Positions 9,464-17,549 of a DNA stretch of 40,382 nucleotides are shown here, piece by piece. Made by a program: the position numbers and the translations under genes. The stretch covers positions 1 to 40,382 of the forward strand of contig CAMYIS010000105.1 of the NCBI GenBank assembly GCA_947258485.1, read 5' to 3'. This stretch comes from an uncultured Woeseiaceae bacterium (lineage in GTDB: Bacteria; Pseudomonadota; Gammaproteobacteria; Steroidobacterales; Woeseiaceae). Position 1 is the first letter of the stretch, and each line of letters opens with the position of its first letter. The notes under the pieces were generated by a model. The model was not told the DNA's origin, searched no databases, and saw only the letters and a program-made list of their open reading frames with translations.

Positions 9464-9822
9464 AACAACGCACCTCCATAGGTTTCGGTTGACTCGATGA
9501 GCACCGGAATCTCTTGATATATGTCAAATTGATGTTCGGGCAGCAGGCTATCGCTGGGCGCGGACCAGCTCGTGGTCCCAAGGAGCTCGTCTTCGTCAAC
9601 AAATCGCAGTTCGACCTCCCGCGGCACGAGCAACCCAAACGCGATGGCCGCAACGGCCGCCGCAGCCACCGATCCGGCGACCACCCGGCGCTGCCGCCGC
9701 AAGGTCCGAGTTCGTGCGTTCGCAACCGCCCAGATGCGATCGAATTCCGGCACGTCACCCTTTTCCACGCTTGCCTGGGCGTCGCGTACCGCCGTTCGCA
9801 GTGCTGTGTCTGAATCAGTCAT
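9460..9822 (-). CDS. Putative anti-sigma factor (single-pass membrane protein)
   Basis: 120-aa ORF that overlaps the 3' end of the ECF sigma gene by 8 nt. It has a short cytoplasmic N-terminus and one TM helix (VVAGSVAAAAVAAIAFGLLV). The call rests on position and topology only. Confidence 0.5.
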   Translation of the reverse strand: MTDSDTALRTAVRDAQASVEKGDVPEFDRIWAVANARTRTLRRQRRVVAGSVAAAAVAAIAFGLLVPREVELRFVDEDELLGTTSWSAPSDSLLPEHQFDIYQEIPVLIESTETYGGALL

Positions 9823-10345
9823 CGAATCCTGCTCCGATATTGGTCAGCTTCATCTTTAAGGTCTTCTTTGCCCGATCGTAGTGAGCCCTCCCGGTACCGA
9901 CGGTAACGCCCATAACGCCGGCTGCTGCTTCGATCGTCATGTCGCGGCAAAAAACAAGTTCAACTATGTCGCGCTGTCGCTGCGGCAATTCCTGCACTGC
10001 TTTCCACACTGCCGCATTTTCATTCGGCTCAAGCGGTTGAACGGCACTGTCGATCGCGGCCGTGCCCGCTGCCTGAACCAGCCGAAGGCGAGATGCTATG
10101 CGGCGGTAGCGGCTCCGCGCCAGGTTTTGCACAACCGAAAACACGAACGTCTTGAGCGACGACTTGTTATCGAAACGCGCCTTACCGGTTAACAATTCAA
10201 CGTACGCCTGTTGCACGAGATCCTCCGCGACAGCCGGGTCATAGTCAGAACGGGAGAGGGCCCAGCCGAATACCTGGCCGTGAATGGCTTCCAGTGCCGA
10301 TCGAGATACGTGCGGATTTTTGTGCAGAACATCACTTTCTCTCAT
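9815..10345 (-). CDS. ECF-type RNA polymerase sigma-70 family factor
   Basis: Track ORF 9815..10393. I set the start at the ATG at 10345 (MRESDVL..) because GGGAGGGGG lies directly upstream. Region 2 reads DLVQQAYVELL. Region 4 reads LPQRQRDIVELVFCRDMTIEAAAGVMGVTVGTGRAHYDRAKKTLK. Confidence 0.85.
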   Translation of the reverse strand: MRESDVLHKNPHVSRSALEAIHGQVFGWALSRSDYDPAVAEDLVQQAYVELLTGKARFDNKSSLKTFVFSVVQNLARSRYRRIASRLRLVQAAGTAAIDSAVQPLEPNENAAVWKAVQELPQRQRDIVELVFCRDMTIEAAAGVMGVTVGTGRAHYDRAKKTLKMKLTNIGAGFDD

Positions 10346-10426
10346 GCCCCCTCCCGATTGATTGGTGGCATGAGACCGATGCCTGTATGACACGCCGTGG
10401 ATGCAGGGCGAATAGGATTATGTCAA

Positions 10427-10487
10427 CTAGTGTCCTGTTTGATGTGTCGCATGATGTCAGTATGCGACACATCAAACAGGACACTAG
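10427..10487. repeat. Perfect 26-bp inverted repeat with a 9-nt loop, a probable terminator or insulator hairpin
   Basis: The left arm 10427-10452 is ctagtgtcctgtttgatgtgtcgcat. The loop is gatgtcagt. The right arm 10462-10487 is atgcgacacatcaaacaggacactag, the exact reverse complement of the left arm. The right arm contains the sheath stop codon (10484-10486). No U-tract follows on either strand. Confidence 0.9.
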
Positions 10488-12046
10488 ACCGGCGTTGCTT
10501 CGGGCGCACCGTCTATCGACGGTGCGAAAACCGTGCTGCCAACACGGCAACCAGCAGCTGTCAGGTGCAGGGTCAGCGATATCGGATAGTCGCTTCCGAT
10601 CGGATGGAATACCAGGAAGATCGTCACGCCATGCTTCTTGCCGTCGGTCCGATGACTGACGCCGGCATCGCACTGCACCACAAAGCGCTGATCGGCGAAT
10701 GCGCCGAGATCCGACAGGCCATAAAAATAGGTGAGCACCTGGGCGCGAATGCGTTTCACGAATGTCACATCGTCGGACTCAAAGACGGCCCATCGGGCTG
10801 CACTCGCAATCGAATTGATGATCTGCAAGCAGAAGCGGCGCACCGGCAGGCTCGCGAATTCTCGATGCGCCTCCGAGCCTCGACCCATGGTTACAGAACC
10901 AATCAGCCGTGCCCGGCCTGCCGGGCCTGTGGCAACGACATTGAGCCCAACGCGATTCAGCATGTGACGATCCGGTGCGTCAATAACGAGTTCGGGAACC
11001 AGCTTGCGCTGCAGCCCCATGCCCTGCTGATCGAGATCCTGCCAGGGACCGTAGGTCCGGTCCTGCTTGCAAAGCAAGCCCGCGATCGCCCCGCCGGCCG
11101 GCCGCGAGGGCTCGTCCGCTCCGCTGCGTATCATAACGCGCGGGAAATATCCGAGCATATTTGGACTTGCGTACCCGAGCTTGCGAACGCCATTTACCGC
11201 CTCTTCTACATTCGTCCACTCGGCGCGCGGATCGACAATCAACATCGCGCCACGATGGCGACAGTAAAGTTCCGCTGCGAGAATTGCGGTGGGTCCCGCG
11301 TCAAGGCTTTTCCCAGGCGGCGGCAGATACAACACGTCGAAGCTCTCGATGTTCTCGAGTGCGAACAGTCCCGTGTGCGCTTTGCGCGAGCCTATCAGGT
11401 CATAGTCCGTCAATTCGGTACCGTCGGTGCCGGGTTGTGTTGGGTCGATGTACGATGATTCAAATCGCCTGCCCTGCTTCAAGGTCGGCTCTGGTCTGTG
11501 CGCGGGATATGGATGCTCGAGGTGTGCCAACGTCGAAGTCAGCAAGGCGTCGCCAACAAAATTCTCCGCGTCTTCCTTGCAAGACACCATCTTGAACAAT
11601 TCCTGGTCGACGACGAGACCCGTCGCCGGGTTGACACGCTGCAGCGTGAGGTTGAACAAGTTGTCATCGTCGATTGCGTCGTAATCCACGGCGGCACGAA
11701 TGTACTCGGTCGAGCCGGGTTCGATTGCGCGCAACACGACTGCCGTGCCGCTCGCAGGCAAACAGATCATCGCGCCTCGCGCATTGTTCGCGACACGTAC
11801 GATGTACAGGCGCTGCCCGCCATGCTCAAAGAATTGTTTTACGGCCGGACCGAGACTCGAGCGCGACCAGGTATCACCAAAGCGACGGCGAAACTCACCG
11901 AAGTTCCGGACCAGTAACGGCGTATTGAGCGGACCACGAAGCGCGCGGCCGACAAAAGCCGCCGTCGTCTCTTTTGACACGGCAATGGACTGATCCATCG
12001 CCGCGATTTCTGTGACCGTGATTCCATGGTCAACTGCTTCTGACAA
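10484..12046 (-). CDS. Contractile tail sheath family protein (phage/eCIS-type), orphan
   Basis: 520-aa ORF with a TTG start at 12046 preceded by GGAGA-N5. The N-terminus (HGITVTEIA..TTAAFVGRALRGPLNTPLLVRNFGEFRRRFG..FFEHGGQRLYIVRV) and the C-terminal domain (LNRVGLNVVATGPAGRARLIGSVTM..LPVRRFCLQIINSIASAARWAVFESDDVTFVKRIRAQVLTYFYGLSDLGAFADQRFVVQCD) match the conserved sheath pattern. Confidence 0.8.
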   Translation of the reverse strand: MSEAVDHGITVTEIAAMDQSIAVSKETTAAFVGRALRGPLNTPLLVRNFGEFRRRFGDTWSRSSLGPAVKQFFEHGGQRLYIVRVANNARGAMICLPASGTAVVLRAIEPGSTEYIRAAVDYDAIDDDNLFNLTLQRVNPATGLVVDQELFKMVSCKEDAENFVGDALLTSTLAHLEHPYPAHRPEPTLKQGRRFESSYIDPTQPGTDGTELTDYDLIGSRKAHTGLFALENIESFDVLYLPPPGKSLDAGPTAILAAELYCRHRGAMLIVDPRAEWTNVEEAVNGVRKLGYASPNMLGYFPRVMIRSGADEPSRPAGGAIAGLLCKQDRTYGPWQDLDQQGMGLQRKLVPELVIDAPDRHMLNRVGLNVVATGPAGRARLIGSVTMGRGSEAHREFASLPVRRFCLQIINSIASAARWAVFESDDVTFVKRIRAQVLTYFYGLSDLGAFADQRFVVQCDAGVSHRTDGKKHGVTIFLVFHPIGSDYPISLTLHLTAAGCRVGSTVFAPSIDGAPEATPV

Positions 12047-12125
12047 ACCTGTCTCCGCTCGGGTCAGAAAAGCGTGCCTGCATTCTAAAGCATTCGCGAT
12101 ACCCAGTGCACTTCGATAATCTACA

Positions 12126-13058
12126 GTGTCGATAAAGCACGACGATGTCAGCAGTGCGCACTATGGCGGCAACAAGATCCGCAAACTGGAATACATACTG
12201 CAACGAGCCAAAGAACGAGGCGCGAAAAGGGTCGCTACATTTGGTGCGGTCGGCTCGAATCATGCGCTCGCGACAGCTATCTTCTCGGTACGACTGGGCT
12301 TTGAATGCACCTGCATTCTTGCTGACCAGGAAAAGACGCCGTCTATTCCGAGAACGCTGAACATGCATCGCCGGATCGGAACGGAAATTGTTCCATATCC
12401 CGGCAATGCTGAGCGTCTTGCGACCTTTCGTCGCTACCTGCAAGGCCGCCGATCCTGGGTCGTGCCGCTCGGTGGGTCCTGCTGGCTGGGTGCGGTCGGT
12501 TTTGTCAACGCCGGGCTCGAACTCGCCACCCAGGTCGCCGCCGGCGACGTTGCAGCACCACATCGCGTCTACATCGCCAACGGTACAATGGCCAGCGCAG
12601 CAGGGCTGACTCTCGGCCTGGCGTTAGCCGGGCTTCCGACCGAAGTACACGCCGTCCGGGTCGTAGACAGGCACATAACGAATCCCAAGAAGTTCGAGCG
12701 CCTGCTGCGAAAAACGGCATTGCTTCTGAACCGACTGGACCCTTCGATCGAGGCGAGCGCCGTTGATCGCGCTCAATTGCGCTGGCGCGATGAATTCTTC
12801 GCCGGTGGTTACGCGGTTGCCGACGGCATCACCGCTGATGCGGTCTCCGTCGCAAACAACGAGCTCGGACTTGCTTTGGAAACCACGTACACGGGTAAAG
12901 CCATGGCTGCGCTGTTGCATGACCTGGCGGGGGAAGACTATGCCGGGGAGAACTACCTTTTTTGGAATACCTACAACTCGCAGCCACTTCCCGTGACGAC
13001 AGACCGGCCTTGTTCGGCAGACAATATCCCTGAGGAATTCATGACCTACTTCGATTGA
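12126..13058 (+). CDS. PLP-dependent D-cysteine desulfhydrase/ACC deaminase family protein, apparently truncated at the N-terminus
   Basis: 310-aa ORF with a GTG start directly after an in-frame TAA (12117-12119). It begins at VSIKHDDVSSAHYGGNKIRKLEYIL, which corresponds to E. coli DcyD [24 protein letters not shown]. About 35 N-terminal residues, including the PTPLE strand, have no counterpart. Later motifs VPLGGS and TYTGKAMAAL are present. Confidence 0.7.
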   Translation: MSIKHDDVSSAHYGGNKIRKLEYILQRAKERGAKRVATFGAVGSNHALATAIFSVRLGFECTCILADQEKTPSIPRTLNMHRRIGTEIVPYPGNAERLATFRRYLQGRRSWVVPLGGSCWLGAVGFVNAGLELATQVAAGDVAAPHRVYIANGTMASAAGLTLGLALAGLPTEVHAVRVVDRHITNPKKFERLLRKTALLLNRLDPSIEASAVDRAQLRWRDEFFAGGYAVADGITADAVSVANNELGLALETTYTGKAMAALLHDLAGEDYAGENYLFWNTYNSQPLPVTTDRPCSADNIPEEFMTYFD

Positions 13059-13182
13059 CTCGACGCGGGAGCGGCCGGCTTTTCTTCGGTCGGCTGTTCG
13101 CGCCGCTTGAGTTCATCCTGCGCTTCGCGAGACTCGCGCTGCTTGCGCGCTATTTCTTCAAGCATGAGGTCCAGCCATTCGC

Positions 13183-14307
13183 TCACAGCAATTCCTCTTC
13201 CTCGTCGTCGACTTCGTCCATCATCTCACGGACTTCGATCAAGGTCGGGGCATTCGGATCCACCTCTACCGTGTTATGGACAACACGCGCCCGGGAAAGA
13301 AACTCGTCTGCGTCGAACATGGCGATACTCACGGGCACACCCGACGCCACTTCGGCCAGCGACCTGACGTGATTTTGCAGATGGTCGTTCAATGGCCGCC
13401 CCGAGACATCGGCGTGCGTGTCAAGCATGGCCTGCAAACGCGTCTCCGCCGACACCTCATCGTCTTTGAGCGGTGCATGTGATTCGAAGTAAAGGAACCC
13501 GTCCTGTTGGCCCATCTGGTAGGGCTCGTTGATGATCATGACGGGTACGCCGATGTCGACGAGCGTATACAGGGCCTCGATGTTCTCCGGGTAAAGGCGG
13601 ACGCAGCCGTGACTGACTCGCATACCCACACCGTATGGCTGGTTGGTGCCATGAATCAGGTAGCCCGGCATCTCGAGTTTCAAAACGCGACTGCCGAGAG
13701 GATTGTCGGGGCCGGGCGGCACGACGGCAGGCAAGGGATTGCCCATCTCTGCGTGCTCGCGCCGAACGGACGAGGGGACCCACCAATGCGGATCCCTGGC
13801 CTTGGACACGACCTTCGTCGATCCCAACGGCGTTTCCCAGCCAACCCGCCCGATGCCGATAGGGTACGTCAGCACCTGTTGCGGCCCGCCTTCGGCTGCC
13901 TCCGGAAAATAAAACAGCCGCTTGGTCGCAATGTTCAGAACGAGGCCCTCTCTCGGCACGGTCGGCAGGACGTATTGAGTCGGTAGCAACACCGGCGTGT
14001 TGTCGCCGGGCATCCAGGGATCGATGCCAGGGTTGGCGGTCACGATTTCGTCGTAGCCCAGGCCATATTCGCGCGCCAGGTCGGACAAGGTATCTTCTGC
14101 GCGCGTGAACACGACCTGCGGCTGGCCAACGACCGATTGCTCGGGGTCCACCAGCAGGAAGGTATTGGGGGCGATCGGCTCCTCGATCGGGCGATCCTCG
14201 AACGCCACTGCGCGCGGACCTTTTTTGATACCGGCAAGGAAGTCATCCAGCGTCGCGCAGCCGCCCAAAGCCAGAAGCGGCAGCAGCAGCGCAAGACGTA
14301 TCAGCAC
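13183..14307 (-). CDS. L,D-transpeptidase (YkuD domain) lipoprotein with a LysM-like segment
   Basis: Track ORF 13183..14388. The catalytic motif is YLIHGTNQPYGVGMRVSHGCVRLYPENI. The LysM-like stretch is TLSDLAREYGLGYDEIVTANPG. The lipobox is LLALGGC. I prefer the GTG start at 14307 (AGGGAA upstream, 9 nt after the M48 stop), because the ATG at 14388 would overlap the M48 gene by 73 nt. Confidence 0.8.
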   Translation of the reverse strand: MLIRLALLLPLLALGGCATLDDFLAGIKKGPRAVAFEDRPIEEPIAPNTFLLVDPEQSVVGQPQVVFTRAEDTLSDLAREYGLGYDEIVTANPGIDPWMPGDNTPVLLPTQYVLPTVPREGLVLNIATKRLFYFPEAAEGGPQQVLTYPIGIGRVGWETPLGSTKVVSKARDPHWWVPSSVRREHAEMGNPLPAVVPPGPDNPLGSRVLKLEMPGYLIHGTNQPYGVGMRVSHGCVRLYPENIEALYTLVDIGVPVMIINEPYQMGQQDGFLYFESHAPLKDDEVSAETRLQAMLDTHADVSGRPLNDHLQNHVRSLAEVASGVPVSIAMFDADEFLSRARVVHNTVEVDPNAPTLIEVREMMDEVDDEEEELL

Positions 14308-14315
14308 ACTATTCC

Positions 14316-15125
14316 CTATTCTTTTGAACAGGTCGGGATTCGACCTTCTTCTTTGGCCTTGTTGTACAAGGGCAGCGTCTTCGGCCATTCGGAGACCAGC
14401 GCCTCGATGCGCGTTTCACTGGCCGGGTGCGTGGAGACGAATTCTGCGGGCTTCTTGTCGGTCGTAGCATCCATGCGTTGCCAGAGTTTCACCGCTTCTC
14501 GCGGATCGAATCCGGCGTTGGCCATGTACTCGAGACCAATGATATCCGCCTCACTTTCCTGGCCGCGTGTGTGTGGCAAGGAGATTCCGAGAGCTGCACC
14601 GGCGCCAAGCGCTTGTTGGGCGGTGTAGGTAGCACCGCTGTGACCGCCACCAAGAATAATTGCAGCCACATTAATGCCCACGCCGGTCAAAGATGCTCTT
14701 GACGCACGTTCATTCGAATGCCGTGCCGTCACGTGGGCAATCTCGTGGCCTATCACAGCCCCGAGTTGGTCCTGGTTTTCGGTCACCTCCAGAATTCCCG
14801 TAAATACGCCGATCTTGCCGCCGGGCATCGCGAACGCATTAACGGATTCGCTGTCGAACACCGCCAGCTCCCATTCGATATCGCTAAGTGGTGGTTCGAG
14901 CACACCGACCACGGCTTGAGCAACGCAGGCGACAAAATCGATCTTCTTGCGGTCCGTGGCCAACGGCAAGCCGGCGCGCATCTGGTTGAATGCACGCGCA
15001 CTTTCAGCTTCGAGTTCGGCATCGGATTTCCAGATCATCTGGCTGCGACCCGTCGGAGAGGTCGAGCACGACGCCGCGATCAGTGCCGTAAAAACGATAG
15101 GAATCAGTAATTTGAGTCTTTGCAT
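14316..15125 (-). CDS. M48 family zinc metallopeptidase lipoprotein (YcaL/LoiP-like)
   Basis: Track ORF 14316..15173. I set the start at the ATG at 15125 (MQRLKLLIPIVFTALIAASCS, with a lipobox), preceded by GAGGAG. The HEXXH motif is GHEIAHVTARH. A downstream E is present (SQESEAD). Confidence 0.8.
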   Translation of the reverse strand: MQRLKLLIPIVFTALIAASCSTSPTGRSQMIWKSDAELEAESARAFNQMRAGLPLATDRKKIDFVACVAQAVVGVLEPPLSDIEWELAVFDSESVNAFAMPGGKIGVFTGILEVTENQDQLGAVIGHEIAHVTARHSNERASRASLTGVGINVAAIILGGGHSGATYTAQQALGAGAALGISLPHTRGQESEADIIGLEYMANAGFDPREAVKLWQRMDATTDKKPAEFVSTHPASETRIEALVSEWPKTLPLYNKAKEEGRIPTCSKE

Positions 15126-15226
15126 TCGAATAGGAGCTCCTCGAGATATGGCAGGATTATAGCGCCTTGGCACGCTTCAAACCCGCTTAGCGTTCGACCG
15201 GAATACGTGGAGCCAGTTCCTCTGAC

Positions 15227-16246
15227 CTAGCGCGGCAATCTCGATTCGAATCGGCGACGCCACCCGGCCGCGTCCGCTTTCTCAAGCAGGCTGTCGATGT
15301 TCGCCAACACGCGTTTCTGTAACGGCTGCTTGATCTTGTACGACACCAGGTATAAATCCCGCTCCGACGCCTGCAGCTTCAGTAACTCGTCGCTCGTCCT
15401 GATCTCATCCGCAAGGCCGTATTCGAGTGCCCGTGTACCGTACCAGTGCTCTCCCGTGGCGACCTTGTCGAGGTCCAGCCCGGGTCGGAACCTGGCGACG
15501 GCATCCTTGAACAAGGTGTGCACGTCTTCGAGCTCTTCTTTCAGCTTGGCACGATCTTCGTCGGTGTTCTTGCCAAACATCGTTACCGTTCTCTTGTACT
15601 TCCCTGCAGTGACTTGCTCGAAGTCCACGCCGTGACTGTCGAGCATTCGGTTGAAGTTCGGGATTTGCGCCAGCACGCCGATCGAGCCGAGGATGGCAAA
15701 CGGTGCGGCATACACTTTCGATGCGACGCAAGCCATCAGGTATCCTCCGCTTGCCGCAACTTTGTCGACGCAGACCAGCAGCGGGATCTCGTGGTCCCGA
15801 ATTCTCGCAAGTTGCGACGCCGCAAGCCCGTGTTCATGGACTACTCCGCCATGATTTTCGAGCCGCACGATAACGTTGTCTCCGTCGGCCGCGACGTCCA
15901 GGATCGCACTGACTTCCTCACGCAGTGAAGCGACGGCGCTGGCCTTGAGGTCGCCCTTGAAATCGACGACAAAACTGCGTGGCCTCGCTGACGGGGCCTT
16001 GCTTTCGGCCTTGTCTTCTTTCTTGCGGGCTTTTGCCACCTTTTTCCGTTCGCTCTTCGTCGATACTGCGGCAAGCAACGTATCGGCAAGCGATTTGTAT
16101 TTCTTGTTGAGGTTTTCGACCTCGAGACCCTCGTGACTGGCCTTGCGTCCCGCCGACGCTGCTACCACGATGACGACTATGATCGCTGCCAAAATCGTGA
16201 TGACTTTGAGAAGAAATAAACCGTATTCAGCAAGAAACTGGGTCAT
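15227..16246 (-). CDS. sohB: S49 family inner-membrane peptidase SohB
   Basis: The 339-aa product is collinear with E. coli SohB. Shared stretches are EYGLFLLKVITIL, VDKVAASGGYLMACVA, PFAILGSIGVLAQIPNFNR and VATGEHWYG. Confidence 0.9.
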   Translation of the reverse strand: MTQFLAEYGLFLLKVITILAAIIVVIVVAASAGRKASHEGLEVENLNKKYKSLADTLLAAVSTKSERKKVAKARKKEDKAESKAPSARPRSFVVDFKGDLKASAVASLREEVSAILDVAADGDNVIVRLENHGGVVHEHGLAASQLARIRDHEIPLLVCVDKVAASGGYLMACVASKVYAAPFAILGSIGVLAQIPNFNRMLDSHGVDFEQVTAGKYKRTVTMFGKNTDEDRAKLKEELEDVHTLFKDAVARFRPGLDLDKVATGEHWYGTRALEYGLADEIRTSDELLKLQASERDLYLVSYKIKQPLQKRVLANIDSLLEKADAAGWRRRFESRLPR

Positions 16247-16273
16247 TGGAATCCTGGAGCCTGATTGGGGTCG

Positions 16274-17278
16274 TCAGATCGCGATGCCGACGTTGTTTTT
16301 TTGTAGCACCTGCTCAGCACGATAGCTCGAGCGCACCATGGGTCCCGCGACGACTTCGACGAATCCCTTTTCAAGCCCTTCCGCTCGATAGGCCTCGAAC
16401 TCCTGTGGCGTGACGTAACGTTCGACGGGAAGGTGATTCGGTGTCGGGCGCAAGTACTGGCCCAGCGTGAGAATATCGACGTTCGCGCGGCGCAGATCGT
16501 GCATGACCTGCATGATTTCATTGTCACGTTCTCCCAGGCCGAGCATCAGGCTGGTCTTGGTCAGGACCGACGGGCGATGTGCCTTGGCATGTCGCAGGAC
16601 CTCGATGGTCTGCTCGTACCCGGCGCGAGGATCGCGCACCCTGCGAGTCAGGCGACGAACCGTTTCGATATTTTGAGCAAACACCTCGAGACCGGAGTCC
16701 ACGACCCGCTCAACATGCTCTTTAACGCCGTTGAAGTCGGGCGTTAACGCCTCGACCGCAGTGTTCGGGTTGAGTTTTTTGATCTCGCGCACGCAATCCG
16801 CATAGTGCGAGGCACCCCCATCAGGGAGGTCGTCACGATCGACCGATGTGATCACGACATATTCGAGACCCATCAGCTTTACGGCACGCGCTGAATTCAA
16901 AGGCTCTTCCGGATCAAGCCACCCTTTCGGATTACCTGTATCCACGGCGCAAAAACGGCAGGCTCTTGTGCAGACAGAACCGAGCACCATGATCGTCGCA
17001 GTGCCGGCATTCCAGCATTCACCGATATTCGGACACATCGACTCTTCGCAGACTGTGCTGAGCCTGTGTTCGTGAACAATCTTCCGGGTCGATGAATAAC
17101 CGGATCCCGAGGGCATTTTTGCGCGCAGCCAGCGCGGCTTGTCGCCACGGACCAGCGGCTCACCGTCACGGCGCTCCTTGATGCCATTCTTGATCGCCGC
17201 AAAGCCGGCATCCGTTTTGTACTTCTGGCCGCTCTGAATGATCGGGATACCCTGGAATTTTCTGTCCTTGTTACTCAT
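16274..17278 (-). CDS. lipA: Lipoyl synthase
   Basis: Track ORF 16274..17338. I set the start at the ATG at 17278 ([13 protein letters not shown]). The cluster motifs are [12 protein letters not shown] and the radical-SAM CTRACRFC. Confidence 0.95.
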   Translation of the reverse strand: MSNKDRKFQGIPIIQSGQKYKTDAGFAAIKNGIKERRDGEPLVRGDKPRWLRAKMPSGSGYSSTRKIVHEHRLSTVCEESMCPNIGECWNAGTATIMVLGSVCTRACRFCAVDTGNPKGWLDPEEPLNSARAVKLMGLEYVVITSVDRDDLPDGGASHYADCVREIKKLNPNTAVEALTPDFNGVKEHVERVVDSGLEVFAQNIETVRRLTRRVRDPRAGYEQTIEVLRHAKAHRPSVLTKTSLMLGLGERDNEIMQVMHDLRRANVDILTLGQYLRPTPNHLPVERYVTPQEFEAYRAEGLEKGFVEVVAGPMVRSSYRAEQVLQKNNVGIAI

Positions 17279-17336
17279 ACGAATCGTGCACAGCCTGTGG
17301 CGTTTTGGGGAGCGCATTGTCGCACAAAAAGCGCAC

Positions 17337-17362
17337 AAAAAAAGATCCCGGCCGAAGCCGGG
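17337..17362 (-). terminator. Rho-independent terminator
   Basis: On the minus strand the stem is cccggc-ttcg-gccggg (17362 down to 17347), followed by atc and TTTTTTT (17343 down to 17337). It lies between the 50-aa ORF and lipA. Confidence 0.75.
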
Positions 17363-17396
17363 AGAGTCAGGGGGAAATCTATAAACGCCAGAAGTG

Positions 17397-17549
17397 TTAG
17401 TGCAGTCTCGACCAGCTGACCAGTTTTACAGCGCTCTGCTGCAGGTCAAAGTTGCGGGCCAGAATGGCTTCGATGTCGCGACAGAACTCATTGCCGTCGC
17501 GATACTGCGCGTCGGTCAGGATGAACTGTGTGTAGTACTTTGCAGACAT
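17397..17549 (-). CDS. Small hypothetical protein (50 aa)
   Basis: It is below the ORF-track size cut-off. Manual translation gives [50 protein letters not shown]. Third codon positions are G/C-rich like the neighbouring genes, and the 17337-17362 terminator follows it. No clear SD is present. Confidence 0.4.
   Translation of the reverse strand: MSAKYYTQFILTDAQYRDGNEFCRDIEAILARNFDLQQSAVKLVSWSRLH

Noticed and set aside
10427-10487. Hairpin as an integron attC site, IS end pair or MITE
   Set aside because: Its arms pair perfectly with no extrahelical bases and no GTTRRRY-type core. No integrase or transposase is present in the window. I could find no flanking direct repeats and no second copy in the 40 kb.
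10397-11458. 353-aa plus-strand ORF antisense to the sheath gene
   Set aside because: Its Arg/Cys/Ala-rich composition is typical of the antisense frame of a GC-rich gene. It has no motif, and the opposite strand has clear sheath homology.
10484-12046. Sheath gene as evidence of a prophage or eCIS island in this window
   Set aside because: No other structural, lysis, replication or integration gene is present. There is no tRNA or att-like repeat. By eye there is no compositional break, and the flanking genes are ordinary chromosomal functions.
12030-12563. 177-aa minus-strand ORF across the sheath/dcyD-like junction
   Set aside because: It is antisense to the PLP-enzyme gene, which has the clear GGNKxRKLE motif. 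It has no SD and an implausible composition.
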